Positions 21,014 to 31,299 of a stretch of DNA of 64,000 nt are shown piece after piece. A program made the translations under genes and the position numbers. Numbering within the stretch: the first letter of the stretch is position 1; the number at the start of each line of letters is the position of its first letter. A model generated the notes under the pieces. The model did no database searches. It worked only from the letters and a program-made list of their open reading frames with translations, and was not told where the DNA came from. This stretch comes from Alphaproteobacteria bacterium (GTDB taxonomy: Bacteria > Pseudomonadota > Alphaproteobacteria > MPNO01 > UBA830), in NCBI GenBank assembly GCA_964291215.2, contig OZ219791.1:2560001-2624000 (forward strand). Direction: 5' to 3'.

Positions 21014-23977
21014 ATGACGGCAGCTACCGAAAGCTGGATCGGCGCGCGCTTCCCGCGCAAGGAGGACGCCGCGCTGCTGACTGGCAATGCCCGCTTCATA
21101 GATGACATGGAGCCTGTTCCGGGCATCCGCCATGCCGCGATCCTGCGCTCGAATCACGCGCATGCGCGGATCGTTTCCATCGATGCGACGCGCGCGCTCG
21201 AGCTGCCCGGCATCGCCGGCGTCGTCACCGGCCGGGAGATCGCCGCTGCAATCAATCCGATTCCGAGCGCCGTCCGCGTGCCCATCGAATTCTATCCGGC
21301 GGCGGTCGAAAAGGTCCGCTATGTGGGTGAGCCGGTGGCGGTGATCATCGCTGAGGACCGCTATGTCGCCGAGGATGCGATGGAGCTCGTCGATGTTGTC
21401 TATGAGCCGCTGCCGCCCGCCGTCGATCCGATGTTCGCGCTCGCCGACGGCGCCCCGGTCCTTCACGATGCGGTCGGCTCCAACCTCGTGCATCACCGCA
21501 CTTTCCGATACGGCGATCCCGAGGCGGCCTTCGCCCGCGCCGACAGGGTCGTTAGGCTCGACTGGCGCTTTCCGCGCTATTCGTCGACGCCGATGGAAAC
21601 CTACGGGCTGGTCGCGCATTTCGAGCGGCGGCCGGACCGCTACACGATCTGGTCGAACTTCCAGGGGCCCTTCATCCTGCATGCGCTGATGACGGGCGCG
21701 CTCGGTGTGCCCGGAAACCGCCTCCGCCTGATCACGGCGCCGCATTCGGGTGGCAGTTTCGGGATCAAGCAGGCGGTGTTTCCCTACATGGTGCTCTTCG
21801 CCGCCTGCTCGCGTCTGGCCGAATGCCCGATCAAGTGGATCGAGGACAGGCTCGAGCATTTGGTCGGATCCTCGACCGCGTCGGACCGCGCCGACGCGGT
21901 CGAGGCGGCGTTCGCATCGGATGGCGAACTCCTCGGCCTTCGCTTCAGCAACGTCGTCAATGTCGGCGCCTACGTGCGGGCGCCGGAACCGGCGTCGGTT
22001 TACCGCATGCATGCGGCCTCGAACGGCTGTTATCGCGTGCGCGACATCGCCGTCGAGAACCGGCTCGCAGTGACCAACACGACGCCGATAGGCCTCAACC
22101 GCGGCTATGGCGGTCCGCAGTTCTATTACGCGCTCGAGCGCGTGATGGAGGCCGGCGCCGCCGAGCTCGGGATCGATCCGGCCGAGATCCGGCGCCGCAA
22201 CTTCATCGCGCCTGCGTCCTTTCCCTACGAGGCGCCGGCCGGTGCGGTCTACGATTCCGGCGATTACGAGGCCGGGCTCGACCGGGCGCTGGAGCTTGCC
22301 GGCTACGATGCGCTGAAGGCCGAACGCGGCGCTGCGCGCGCCGAAGGCAAGCTTTTCGGAATCGGAATGGCGGCGGGCGTCGAGCCGTCGGGCTCGAACA
22401 TGGCTTATGTCACCCTCGCCCAGACGCCCGAGGAGCGCGCCCGCGCCGGCGGCCGGTCGGGCGGGCTCGGAACCGCGACCGTGTCCGTCGATCCTTCGGG
22501 CTCGGTGACCGTCAGGACGGTATCGACGCCGGCCGGTCAGGGGCATCAGACGGTGGCGGCGCAGGTGGTCGCCGACGCGCTCGGCCTCCATCCCGACCAG
22601 GTCGATGTCGTCACCGAGGTCGACACGCTGACCAGCGCCTGGTCGCTGGCGTCGGGCAACTACGCCAACCGGTTCTCGTCGGTGGTCATCGACGCGCTGT
22701 CGGAGAGTGCCCTCAGGGTCGCCGAAAAGGTCAGGCGGATCGCCGCCGAGACCCTCGAGGTGGCACCCGAGGATGTCGAGCTGGTTGGCGGCCAGGCGCG
22801 GGTCGTGGGCGTTCCCGAAAAGGCGTTGCCATTCCGCCGCGTCGCCGCCCAGACCCACTGGCACCCCGCCGGGCTCCCGGAAGGTGCGGGGCCCGGCCTG
22901 TTCGAAACCGCGATCATCAACCCGCCGATGCTCGGCGCGCCCGATGACGCCGACCGGGTCGCGAGCGCCGTGACCTTCGGCTACGTGTTCGACCTCGCCG
23001 CGGTCGAGATTGACCCCGCGACCGGCGGAATCGAGATCCGCAAATACGTCACCGTCCACGATGTCGGCAACATCCTCAACGAAATCGTGGTCGACGGCCA
23101 GATCCACGGCGGCTTTGCGCACGGCCTCGGCGGCGCGCTTCTCGAGGAACTGGTCTACGACGCTGCCGGAAATCCGCAGACCGGCACCTTCGCCGATTAT
23201 CTCTGCATCACCGCGCCCGAAATTCCGGAGGTGACGATCGGCCATGTCACGACGCCGTCGCCCCACAACCGCCTCGGGGCCAAGGGGATGGGTGACGGAT
23301 CGTCCATGCTGGCGCCGACCGCGATCGCCAATGCCGCCGCCGACGCGCTCGGGCGTTTCGATGTCGAGATTCCGCTCACCCTGAACCGGCTGTGGGCGCT
23401 GGCCCAGGGCGACAGCCACGGGCGCGGCCCTGCAGAGGCCGCAGCAGCAGATGCCGCGGAGCCCGGCGCGGCCGCCCGGGGGGGGGCGCTCTCCGGCTCC
23501 GGCACGGTCGAGCTCTCCGCGCCACCCGAAACGGTGTGGCGGATGCTCCTCGATCCCGAGACCTTGGCCGCGGTGGTGCCCGGATGCCGCGCGCTCGAGA
23601 AGACGGCTGGGGATGTCTACACGGCCGAGGTCGATATCGGGGTTGCCGGAATCCGCGGCCGCTATGCCGCCTCGATCGAACTCCGCGACCTGCGTGAACC
23701 ACACAGCGCACGACTCGTAGGCACGGCCTCGGGCGCGCTCGGATTCGGTGCCGGGGAGGGTGTCGTCACCCTTGGGCCGGCGGGCAATGGCGGCACGCGC
23801 ATGTCCTACGAGTATCGGGCGGATGTCGGCGGCAAGGTGGCCGCCGTCGGCCAGCGTATGCTCGGCACCGTGACCGGTATCCTGATCCGGCAGTTTTTCC
23901 GTGGATTCGAACGGCGGCTGAAGCCTGCGGAGGGCGGCGGCTGGCTACGCTGGCTGCGCCGGGACAGGTCGCGATGA
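21014..23977 (+). CDS. hmfA: Molybdopterin hydroxylase large subunit with C-terminal CoxG/SRPBCC domain; 2-furoyl-CoA dehydrogenase-like
   Basis: GGSFG, RGYGGPQ, GQGHQT, GQIHGG, GAKGMG; CoxG-like tail; gene order matches hmfABCDE. Confidence 0.8.
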   Translation: MTAATESWIGARFPRKEDAALLTGNARFIDDMEPVPGIRHAAILRSNHAHARIVSIDATRALELPGIAGVVTGREIAAAINPIPSAVRVPIEFYPAAVEKVRYVGEPVAVIIAEDRYVAEDAMELVDVVYEPLPPAVDPMFALADGAPVLHDAVGSNLVHHRTFRYGDPEAAFARADRVVRLDWRFPRYSSTPMETYGLVAHFERRPDRYTIWSNFQGPFILHALMTGALGVPGNRLRLITAPHSGGSFGIKQAVFPYMVLFAACSRLAECPIKWIEDRLEHLVGSSTASDRADAVEAAFASDGELLGLRFSNVVNVGAYVRAPEPASVYRMHAASNGCYRVRDIAVENRLAVTNTTPIGLNRGYGGPQFYYALERVMEAGAAELGIDPAEIRRRNFIAPASFPYEAPAGAVYDSGDYEAGLDRALELAGYDALKAERGAARAEGKLFGIGMAAGVEPSGSNMAYVTLAQTPEERARAGGRSGGLGTATVSVDPSGSVTVRTVSTPAGQGHQTVAAQVVADALGLHPDQVDVVTEVDTLTSAWSLASGNYANRFSSVVIDALSESALRVAEKVRRIAAETLEVAPEDVELVGGQARVVGVPEKALPFRRVAAQTHWHPAGLPEGAGPGLFETAIINPPMLGAPDDADRVASAVTFGYVFDLAAVEIDPATGGIEIRKYVTVHDVGNILNEIVVDGQIHGGFAHGLGGALLEELVYDAAGNPQTGTFADYLCITAPEIPEVTIGHVTTPSPHNRLGAKGMGDGSSMLAPTAIANAAADALGRFDVEIPLTLNRLWALAQGDSHGRGPAEAAAADAAEPGAAARGGALSGSGTVELSAPPETVWRMLLDPETLAAVVPGCRALEKTAGDVYTAEVDIGVAGIRGRYAASIELRDLREPHSARLVGTASGALGFGAGEGVVTLGPAGNGGTRMSYEYRADVGGKVAAVGQRMLGTVTGILIRQFFRGFERRLKPAEGGGWLRWLRRDRSR

Positions 23978-24855
23978 AACCGGTTGCCTTCGAGTACTGC
24001 CGGCCCGATTCGCTCGACGAGGCGCTCGATCTCCTGTCCGAGTTCGGCACCGACGCGAGCGTGCTCGCCGGCGGCCTGTCGCTTGGCGCGATGCTGAACA
24101 TGCGCCTCGTGCGGCCAGCGGCGGTGATCGATGTCAACCGGCTCGGCGAGCTCGGGACCGTGGAGGCGTCCGGCGGCGTCATCACCACGGGGGCGCTCGT
24201 GCGCCAGGCGGCGGCGATGGCGTCGACGGAGTTCGCCGACGGCCTGCCTCTCGTCGCCGAGGCGCTGCCCCATGTCGGGCACTACCAGACGCGTCCGCGC
24301 GGAACCCTCGGAGGGTCTGTCGCGCATGCCGATCCGAGTGCCGAGATCCCGCTCTGTCTGGTCACGCTCGACGGCACGGTCACGCTGCGGTCGAAGCGGA
24401 AGCGCCGCACTGTCCCCGCGGCCGAGTTTTTCCAGGGCGTGCTGACCACTGACCGGCGGCCCGAGGAGATGGTGATCGCGCTGGGTTGGCCGGAGCGCCG
24501 GACTAGCGGCTGGGGCTACGCTTTCGAGGAGATCGCACAGCGCCGCGGTGATTTTGCGATCGTTGCGGTTGCCGCGGCGGTGCGGCTCGGCGGCGACGGG
24601 CGCATTCGCGACATAACGGTCGGCCTCGGCGGCGTCGAGGACAGGCCGTTCCTCGCCGACACCGACGGCTGCGCCGGTCTGGCGGCCGATGTCGGCACCG
24701 CGCGAGAGATCGCGGAGGCTGCGGCCGCGGCCGCGGCGCCGGTGACCGATCTCCAGGCAACGCCCCGGTACCGTCGCGAGCTGGTGCGGGTGCTCGGAGC
24801 ACGGACGATATCGCGCGCGTTCGATTGCGCTCGCGGCGCGGCGGAGGCGGGATGA
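23974..24855 (+). CDS. hmfB: FAD-binding subunit of the molybdenum hydroxylase
   Basis: MKPVAFEY, LAGGLSL, GTLGGSVAHADPSAE, RRGDFA. Confidence 0.8.
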   Translation: MKPVAFEYCRPDSLDEALDLLSEFGTDASVLAGGLSLGAMLNMRLVRPAAVIDVNRLGELGTVEASGGVITTGALVRQAAAMASTEFADGLPLVAEALPHVGHYQTRPRGTLGGSVAHADPSAEIPLCLVTLDGTVTLRSKRKRRTVPAAEFFQGVLTTDRRPEEMVIALGWPERRTSGWGYAFEEIAQRRGDFAIVAVAAAVRLGGDGRIRDITVGLGGVEDRPFLADTDGCAGLAADVGTAREIAEAAAAAAAPVTDLQATPRYRRELVRVLGARTISRAFDCARGAAEAG

Positions 24856-25346
24856 TGCTGAGAATCGGATCGGACCGGAAGGCGCGCGTCATGGTCACGG
24901 TGAACGGCAGGCAAATGTCGGGACATGCCGCACCGCGGATGCTGCTCGCGGACTTTCTCCGCCACGAGCTCGGGCTCTTCGGGACCCATGTCGGGTGCGA
25001 GCACGGCGTGTGCGGCGCCTGCACGGTGATCGTCGACGGCGCGGTGTCCAGAAGCTGTCTCCGCTATGCGGTGCAGTGCGACAGCAGCGAGATCCGCACG
25101 GTCGAAGGGCTGGCTGGCGATGACGGCGAACTCAACGCCCTGCAGCGGGCCTTCAACCGGCACGGAGCTCTCCAGTGCGGCTTTTGCACCGCCGGCATCC
25201 TGATGTCGGCCACGCGATTCCTGGAGGAAACGCCGGCGCCGACGCGCGAACAGGTTCGGGACATGCTGTCGGGGCATATCTGTCGTTGCACCGGCTACGA
25301 GCAGATCGTGCGCGCCGTCCTTGATGCGGCAGGAGAGAACTCATGA
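24852..25346 (+). CDS. hmfC: 2Fe-2S subunit of the molybdenum hydroxylase
   Basis: GCEHGVCGACTV, QCGFCT, CRCTGY. Confidence 0.8.
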   Translation: MMLRIGSDRKARVMVTVNGRQMSGHAAPRMLLADFLRHELGLFGTHVGCEHGVCGACTVIVDGAVSRSCLRYAVQCDSSEIRTVEGLAGDDGELNALQRAFNRHGALQCGFCTAGILMSATRFLEETPAPTREQVRDMLSGHICRCTGYEQIVRAVLDAAGENS

Positions 25347-26881
25347 ATCTCGGCACCCTTTTCCACCGCAGCTGGCTGCGCGAGCCGGACGCGCTGGCTA
25401 TCGTCGACGATTCACGACGGCGCAGTTTCGGCGAGTGGTATCGCGAGATCCGCGCGGTCGCCGGCGGCCTGAGCCAGCGTGGCCTGGGCCGCGGCGACCG
25501 GCTCCTCGTGATTCTGGCAAACCGCTACGAGACGGCGACTCTCTACTGGGCCTGCCAGGTGCTGGGTGTGGTATTCACGCCGTTTAACTGGCGCGCTGGC
25601 GCCGACGAGATCGCCTATGTGATCGGCAATGCCGAGGCGGCCGGCATCGTGTTCGAGGCGCGCTCGCGCGAAGCCGCTGCCGGAGCCGTCGGCAGTCTCG
25701 GTGGCGCAGGGCTGACGACGTTCGATATCGATGACGGAGATTTCGATGCGCTCGCCGCCTCTCCCTCGGTCGACGGGCCGGTCTCCGTCGACGAACGCGA
25801 TACCTGCCTGATGCTCTACACCTCGGGCACCACAGGCCGGCCCAAGGGCGTGCCGCGCTCGCATCGCGCCGAGCGGCTGGCGGCAACCCACTGCATCGCG
25901 CTCCTGCATTACCGTTACGGGGCCTCGACGCTTGGCGCGATGCCGATGTTCCACACCATGGGCGTGCGGTCGATGCTGATGTCGGCCGTGCTTAGTGGCG
26001 CGCTGGTCTGCCTCCCGGCGTGGGATGCGGCGACCGCCATGGAACTTGTCGAGCGGGAAGGGATCGACACCCTGTTCCTCGTGCCGACGATGTTTCACGA
26101 CATGCTCCATCATCCTGATCGCGGCGCCCATGACCTGTCGTCGGTACGCAATCTTGCCTATGCCGGGATGTCGATGACCGCGGCGCTGACCGAGCTCTGC
26201 GCGCGGGAGTTCAGGCCCGATCATTTCACCAACTTCTACGGGTCAAGCGAAATCTTTACCTTCGCCGTCTGCGATCACGTGATCGAGAAGCCGGGCTGCG
26301 CCGGCCGCGCCGGCATCGGTCAGGTCATTCGCGTGGTCGAGCCCGACGGCGGTAGCCGGCCGGATGATGTCGTTGCCGCGGGCGCGTCGGGCGAGATCAT
26401 TGCGCCGATGGACGGGATGGAGGCGTTCGCCGGCTACTGGCGGCGTCCGGATGCCGACGCCAAGGCGATCCGCGATGGCTGGTACTTCACCGGCGATCTT
26501 GGCTATTTTGACGGGGACGGCGAGCTCTATGTCGTCGGCCGCGTCGACGACATGATCAATTCCGGTGGCGAGAACATCTATCCCGAGGAGGTCGAGGACA
26601 TTCTCGCGAAATCGCCGCTGGTCGAACAGGCGGCGGTCATCGGCCTGCCCGACGAGCGCATGGGGGCGCGGGTGGTCGCGTTCGTGGAACCGGCGGCACC
26701 GGAATGCACGGCCGAGGCGCTCGATGCCTGGTGCCTCGACAGCGCGCTCGCCCGCTTCAAGAGGCCGCGCGGCTACGCCTTCGTGAAAAACATACCGCGC
26801 TCCGCTTCGGGAAAGCTCCTGCGGCGTCTGCTGCGCGACGGAAGCTACGAGATGCTCGACGGATTCGAGAGCACGGTCTGA
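25343..26881 (+). CDS. hmfD: Acyl-CoA synthetase, 2-furoate-CoA ligase-like
   Basis: YTSGTTGRPKGVPRSHRAER, WYFTGD, SGGENIYP. Confidence 0.78.
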   Translation: MNLGTLFHRSWLREPDALAIVDDSRRRSFGEWYREIRAVAGGLSQRGLGRGDRLLVILANRYETATLYWACQVLGVVFTPFNWRAGADEIAYVIGNAEAAGIVFEARSREAAAGAVGSLGGAGLTTFDIDDGDFDALAASPSVDGPVSVDERDTCLMLYTSGTTGRPKGVPRSHRAERLAATHCIALLHYRYGASTLGAMPMFHTMGVRSMLMSAVLSGALVCLPAWDAATAMELVEREGIDTLFLVPTMFHDMLHHPDRGAHDLSSVRNLAYAGMSMTAALTELCAREFRPDHFTNFYGSSEIFTFAVCDHVIEKPGCAGRAGIGQVIRVVEPDGGSRPDDVVAAGASGEIIAPMDGMEAFAGYWRRPDADAKAIRDGWYFTGDLGYFDGDGELYVVGRVDDMINSGGENIYPEEVEDILAKSPLVEQAAVIGLPDERMGARVVAFVEPAAPECTAEALDAWCLDSALARFKRPRGYAFVKNIPRSASGKLLRRLLRDGSYEMLDGFESTV

Positions 26882-26967
26882 TCGGGGAACGGCTCTCCGG
26901 GGGGCATCTCAGCGGGACTATTTGATCGGCCGGGACGTCTCCCGGCCTCAATACGGAGAACGGGAAC

Positions 26968-27783
26968 ATGAGTGCAGAAAAATACGCGGCGCAGCGAGCC
27001 TCGGTGCTCGAGAACCTGGACGGCCTCAGCGTCGAGATCGACGCCGGGCGCAGGGTCGGTCATCTGGTGCTCGACCGCCCGCCGCTCAACATCGTCTCCT
27101 ATACGGGCCGGCGCCAGATCCGGGCCATCATCGAGGCGATGGACGAGGACCCGGACGTCGGGGTGATCGTCATACGTGGCGCCAACGGCGTGTTCACGTC
27201 GGGCGGCGACGTCAAGGCCTTTCCCGATATCCCGAAGAACAGAATGTCGGACCTGCACTGGAACATCGGCGCTCCCGAACGTGCCGAAAAGCCGGTGATC
27301 TGCGCGATGCAGAAATACGCGTTCGGGGTCGGCTTCGAGCTCGCGCTCGCCTGCGATTTCCGCTTCTCGACCGCAGATACGCTGGTCGGACTGCCCGAGA
27401 TCTCGCTCGGGCAGATGCCGGGCTCGGGCGGCAGCGTGCGCGTCGCGCGTATTGCCGGGCTCGGGCGCGCCAAGGACATGGTGCTGCTGGGCAAGCGCGT
27501 TCCCGCGCCCCAGGCCCATGAGTGGGGGCTGGTGACGGATGTTGCCGCCGATTCCGATGCACTCGCCGCGCTGGTGGACGACTATGCGGCGAGGCTGAAT
27601 GCCCTGGCGCCGATTGCGCTCGGTTCGTTGAAGAAGGTGCTCAATGCCGCCTACGACGCGCCGCTCAAGACTGCGCTCGAGGTCGAGGGACATTCCTACG
27701 AGAAGCTTCGCTGGACCGACGACTACATGGAGGGCACGCACGCCTTTGCCGAGCGCCGAAAGCCGGAGTTCACGGGCAGCTGA
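26968..27783 (+). CDS. hmfE: Crotonase-family enzyme, 2-oxoglutaroyl-CoA hydrolase-like
   Basis: LDRPPLN, LHWNIGAPER, FGVGFELALACDFR, LGQMPGSGGS, LEVEGHSY resemble recalled HmfE sequences. Confidence 0.78.
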   Translation: MSAEKYAAQRASVLENLDGLSVEIDAGRRVGHLVLDRPPLNIVSYTGRRQIRAIIEAMDEDPDVGVIVIRGANGVFTSGGDVKAFPDIPKNRMSDLHWNIGAPERAEKPVICAMQKYAFGVGFELALACDFRFSTADTLVGLPEISLGQMPGSGGSVRVARIAGLGRAKDMVLLGKRVPAPQAHEWGLVTDVAADSDALAALVDDYAARLNALAPIALGSLKKVLNAAYDAPLKTALEVEGHSYEKLRWTDDYMEGTHAFAERRKPEFTGS

Positions 27784-27951
27784 GCCGACGCTGCGGGGCG
27801 CGTTGACGCCGCGCTGCCCGCCGGGCGGACGCCGGGTTGTAATTCCGCCCGTCGCCCCGTTACTCTTTGTCCCGGTGATGTTCGGTCCGCGCGGTGTGGC
27901 GCCAGCGGCCGGGTCGGGATCGCGGTGCGGACGCGATGGGGGGGGCGACGG

Positions 27952-28944
27952 ATGACGCGGGGACTCGGGATCCGTTTCGACGGGTTCGACCATGTGTCGG
28001 ACTCGCTCGAGGTCGTGCGCCAGGCAGAGCGAGCGGGTGCGAGCCAGATCTGGATGGCGGAACACATGGGCTATCGGGAGGCCGTTGCCGCCTGCATGGC
28101 CTATGCGCTGTCGACCGAGACCGCAATGGTGGTTCCGACCGCGGTCAGCCCTTATCTCTGGCATCCGACTCCGACCGCGATGTCGCTTGCGACCATGGCC
28201 GACATCGCCCCCGGGCGCGTCGGCGTCGCCATCGGCGTCGGCAATCCGCTGTTCCTGGGCGAATCGGGCATTGAGCCTGTGAAGCCGGTACGGGCGGTGC
28301 GGGAATTCATCGAATGCCTGCGGGCGCTGTGGACCGCGGAGCCCGTTGACTATGACGGCGAATTCTTCCGCCTTGCCGGAGCGCGCATGACGTTCGCCCC
28401 GGCAGAGCCCATACCGATCTATGTCGCGGCAACGCGCGAACAGATGCTGCGGCTGACCGGACGGATCGGCGACGGGGTCGTGCTCTCGGGCGGACTGTCC
28501 GTCGCCCATGTCCGGTACAGCCTTGGACAGATCGCCGACGGCGCGCGGGCGGCGGGACGGGATCCGGCTGCGCTCCGCAACGCCGCATTCCTGTATTTCT
28601 CGGTGTCGGAAGACGGGCGGGAGGCCGTGGACTATCTGCGCGGACGGCTTGCTTTCCTGTTCCGCAACCGCACGATGGCCGACAACATCCGCTCCTCGGG
28701 CCTTCCCATCGATCAGGAGGCCATTATCGACGCCGTCGCCAGGCGCGACATGGAAGCCGCGACGCGGCTGGTCCCCGACGATGCCGTCGATGCCTTTGCT
28801 GTCGGGGGCACGCCGCGGAACTGCCGCGACCGTCTTGAGGCCTATCTCGGCACCGGTGTGACCGAACCGGTCATCGAGATCAGCGGTTCGCCGGAGAGCC
28901 GGGAGCTCGCGCTCGGGATCCTCGGAGAGTTCGCGGCCGCCTGA
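27952..28944 (+). CDS. LLM-class (Mer/luciferase-like) flavin or F420 oxidoreductase
   Basis: IWMAEH, GRVGVAIGVG, PIPIYVAA, GDGV. Confidence 0.88.
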   Translation: MTRGLGIRFDGFDHVSDSLEVVRQAERAGASQIWMAEHMGYREAVAACMAYALSTETAMVVPTAVSPYLWHPTPTAMSLATMADIAPGRVGVAIGVGNPLFLGESGIEPVKPVRAVREFIECLRALWTAEPVDYDGEFFRLAGARMTFAPAEPIPIYVAATREQMLRLTGRIGDGVVLSGGLSVAHVRYSLGQIADGARAAGRDPAALRNAAFLYFSVSEDGREAVDYLRGRLAFLFRNRTMADNIRSSGLPIDQEAIIDAVARRDMEAATRLVPDDAVDAFAVGGTPRNCRDRLEAYLGTGVTEPVIEISGSPESRELALGILGEFAAA

Positions 28945-28995
28945 CGCGGCGGACCGTTTTCGGGCTCAGGCGGCTGCAGGAGGCATCGGCGCTTC

Positions 28996-30102
28996 ATGGG
29001 AATCCGGACGATAGCGATCATGGGCGCCGGCCATGGCGGCCTTGCCGCCGCCGCCGATCTGGGCGCGGCCGGTTTCGAGGTGCGCCTCCATGCGCGTCGT
29101 GAGGAGACCCTGACGCCGGTTCGCGAGCAGGGCGGCGTCGCGGTGCAGGGCGCGCGGACAGGTCTGGTCAGGGTCCCGGTGCTGACCACCGACGTGGCCG
29201 AGGCGGTCGACGGGGCCGACCTCGTGATGACGGTAGTGCCCTCGGTCGCCCACGGCGACTATGCGGCCGCGCTCGCGCCGCATCTGCGGCCGGATCTGCC
29301 GGTCTTTGTCAATCCGGGGCACACTGGCGGCGCCCTGCATTTCGTTCGCGAGCTGCGTCGCGCGGAGTACCGGGAGCCGGTGCGAACCTGTGAATCGGTT
29401 ACCCTGACCTATATCTGCCGCAAGACGGGGCCGGCAGCGGTCGATATCTTCTCCCATGTCCGCAACCTGAAGTTCGCCGCATTTCCAGGATGCCATGCTG
29501 GCGAGATGTTCTCGCTGATCAAGCCCCTCTATCCGGAGATCGAACTGTGTTCGAGCGTGCTCGAGACGGGGCTGACCAACATCAATGCCGTCTTCCACGC
29601 GCCAGGCATGCTGATGAACGCTGGCTGGATCGAGGATACGGGCGGCGATTTCCTCTTCTACCGGGAGGGCATCACGCCGGCTGTCGGCCGCGTCACCGAA
29701 GAGGTCGACCGTGAGCGCCTTCGCGTGGCGGATGCGCTCGGCGTGCCGTCCGCCTCGTTTCTCGAGAATTTCTGCCAAGCCGGACTGACCACCCGGGAAG
29801 CGGCCGACAGCGGCGACATTTCGCGGGCTTGTATCGAGAGCGAACCCAACAAATCGATCAGGAGTCCGCCGTCGCTTGATCATCGCTACATTCACGAGGA
29901 TGTTGGCTATGGGCTGGTGCCCTTCGCCGCGTTCGGCGATCTTGCGGGCGTGGAGACGCCGACCATTGATGCGATCGTTCATCTCTGCTCGGCGTTGACC
30001 GGCATCCCGTTCTTTGAGACCGGCCTCACTCTCGACAGGATGGGGCTGGGCGGGCTGACGTCTGGCGACCTCGCGCGTTTCGTACACGATGGTGTTGGTT
30101 GA
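28996..30102 (+). CDS. NAD/NADP opine (octopine/nopaline) dehydrogenase family protein
   Basis: GAGHGG, NPGHTGG, NINAVFH, FYREGITP, HRYIHEDVGYGL. Confidence 0.9.
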   Translation: MGIRTIAIMGAGHGGLAAAADLGAAGFEVRLHARREETLTPVREQGGVAVQGARTGLVRVPVLTTDVAEAVDGADLVMTVVPSVAHGDYAAALAPHLRPDLPVFVNPGHTGGALHFVRELRRAEYREPVRTCESVTLTYICRKTGPAAVDIFSHVRNLKFAAFPGCHAGEMFSLIKPLYPEIELCSSVLETGLTNINAVFHAPGMLMNAGWIEDTGGDFLFYREGITPAVGRVTEEVDRERLRVADALGVPSASFLENFCQAGLTTREAADSGDISRACIESEPNKSIRSPPSLDHRYIHEDVGYGLVPFAAFGDLAGVETPTIDAIVHLCSALTGIPFFETGLTLDRMGLGGLTSGDLARFVHDGVG

Positions 30103-30400
30103 AATCTCACGGTGAGGAGGAGTGCGAAACCGCGCCGGAACAATGGTCGTCGGATCGGGAGCGTCCCGGATTTGAGCACGGTTCCGGTGCAAATGCGGTG
30201 AGTTCTGTGATGGTCGGGATGCAGATCCCGGTGACGCGGCTCACCCCTGCTGCGAGGAAGGAGGGCACCGGCGGGTACGAGAGAGAGCCGGGTGTCGTGT
30301 CATGAGCATTTACGCTTGCAAGTCGGCAGAATTCCCCACCCGCAGATGAAAGAGGAAATCAGCACTTCCAAATTTATGTTCGGGTTCAAATCCTCCATCG

Positions 30401-30799
30401 TCAGCTTGCTTCCGCTTCCGTCAACCGGCTTCGGACCGTCCTGCGCAACGCTTCCACCTGTTCGATGGCCAAGGACCGGTCAAGCGGGCAGGCGCCCGGA
30501 TCGACGCTCGCGTAACGCAGACGAACGGCGTAGCGGGTATAGTCGACCAACTTGTCGAAACGGACGACATCCGCTTCCTGGGTGCTTAGCATGTCCAGCA
30601 AGGCCGCCAGATCATGCGACAACGGATAGGTTTCGCCCCGCAAAGCGAGCCAGGCCTTGAACAGCTTCTCTGCTGCTTGCTGGACATGGAAGCCAAAAAT
30701 CTCGTCGGCGAAGACGTTTGCATCGCCCATGCCGTGAAGCGCCGAAAGATCTTTCTCCGCCGCGTTGGTTAATTCCCGCGCCTGCTCAAGGTCTTTCAT
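30401..30799 (-). CDS. HEPN domain protein
   Basis: FHVQQAAEKLFKAWL, HDL, RY motifs; overlaps the upstream MNT gene. Confidence 0.88.
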   Translation of the reverse strand: MKDLEQARELTNAAEKDLSALHGMGDANVFADEIFGFHVQQAAEKLFKAWLALRGETYPLSHDLAALLDMLSTQEADVVRFDKLVDYTRYAVRLRYASVDPGACPLDRSLAIEQVEALRRTVRSRLTEAEAS

Positions 30800-31121
30800 A
30801 GAGCACTCTGCCCTCGCGCAGCGCACGCGCAAGCACATGATTAAGGGAGCCGCGCCAGCGGGCAGCCTCGTCCGAACTGTATACGAGGATATCCTTCGGA
30901 ACGTGGAAAGTTGCAAGCGCACGCCAAAGGCGCGTCTCTTCGGTGCCGCGGTCCCGACCCGGCCCAAAAGGTTCTGCCTCGACGACCACCAGATCGACAT
31001 CCGAATCCGCGGCGGCGTCACCGCGGGCGCGAGAGCCGAAAAGGATCACCCGCTCGGGATCAGCTACTTCAACGATGGCCGCCGTCATCCGCCGCAGAAG
31101 CGCATCGTCAATCACAGGCAT
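30786..31121 (-). CDS. Minimal nucleotidyltransferase (MNT)
   Basis: ILFGSRARGD...SDVDLVVV. Confidence 0.92.
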   Translation of the reverse strand: MPVIDDALLRRMTAAIVEVADPERVILFGSRARGDAAADSDVDLVVVEAEPFGPGRDRGTEETRLWRALATFHVPKDILVYSSDEAARWRGSLNHVLARALREGRVLYERP

Positions 31122-31299
31122 GTTCTTTTCCACCTGTTCGGATGCCTCTATCATCCTGGAAAGCAGTGAAAAGGGTGCCGTTCGCTACCGGCAACTAGTT
31201 CTGCCGCAAGGCTCCCGCACTCCGTCCCGTCCGCAACAATCACGCTGTAGTCGGTCGGCAGACTTATCCGGGTACCTTCAGGGGCGGTGGAGCGGCACC

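Noticed and set aside
19460-23704. 1414-aa minus-strand ORF
   Set aside because: Antisense shadow of the amidohydrolase and hmfA genes in GC-rich DNA; no recognisable motifs.
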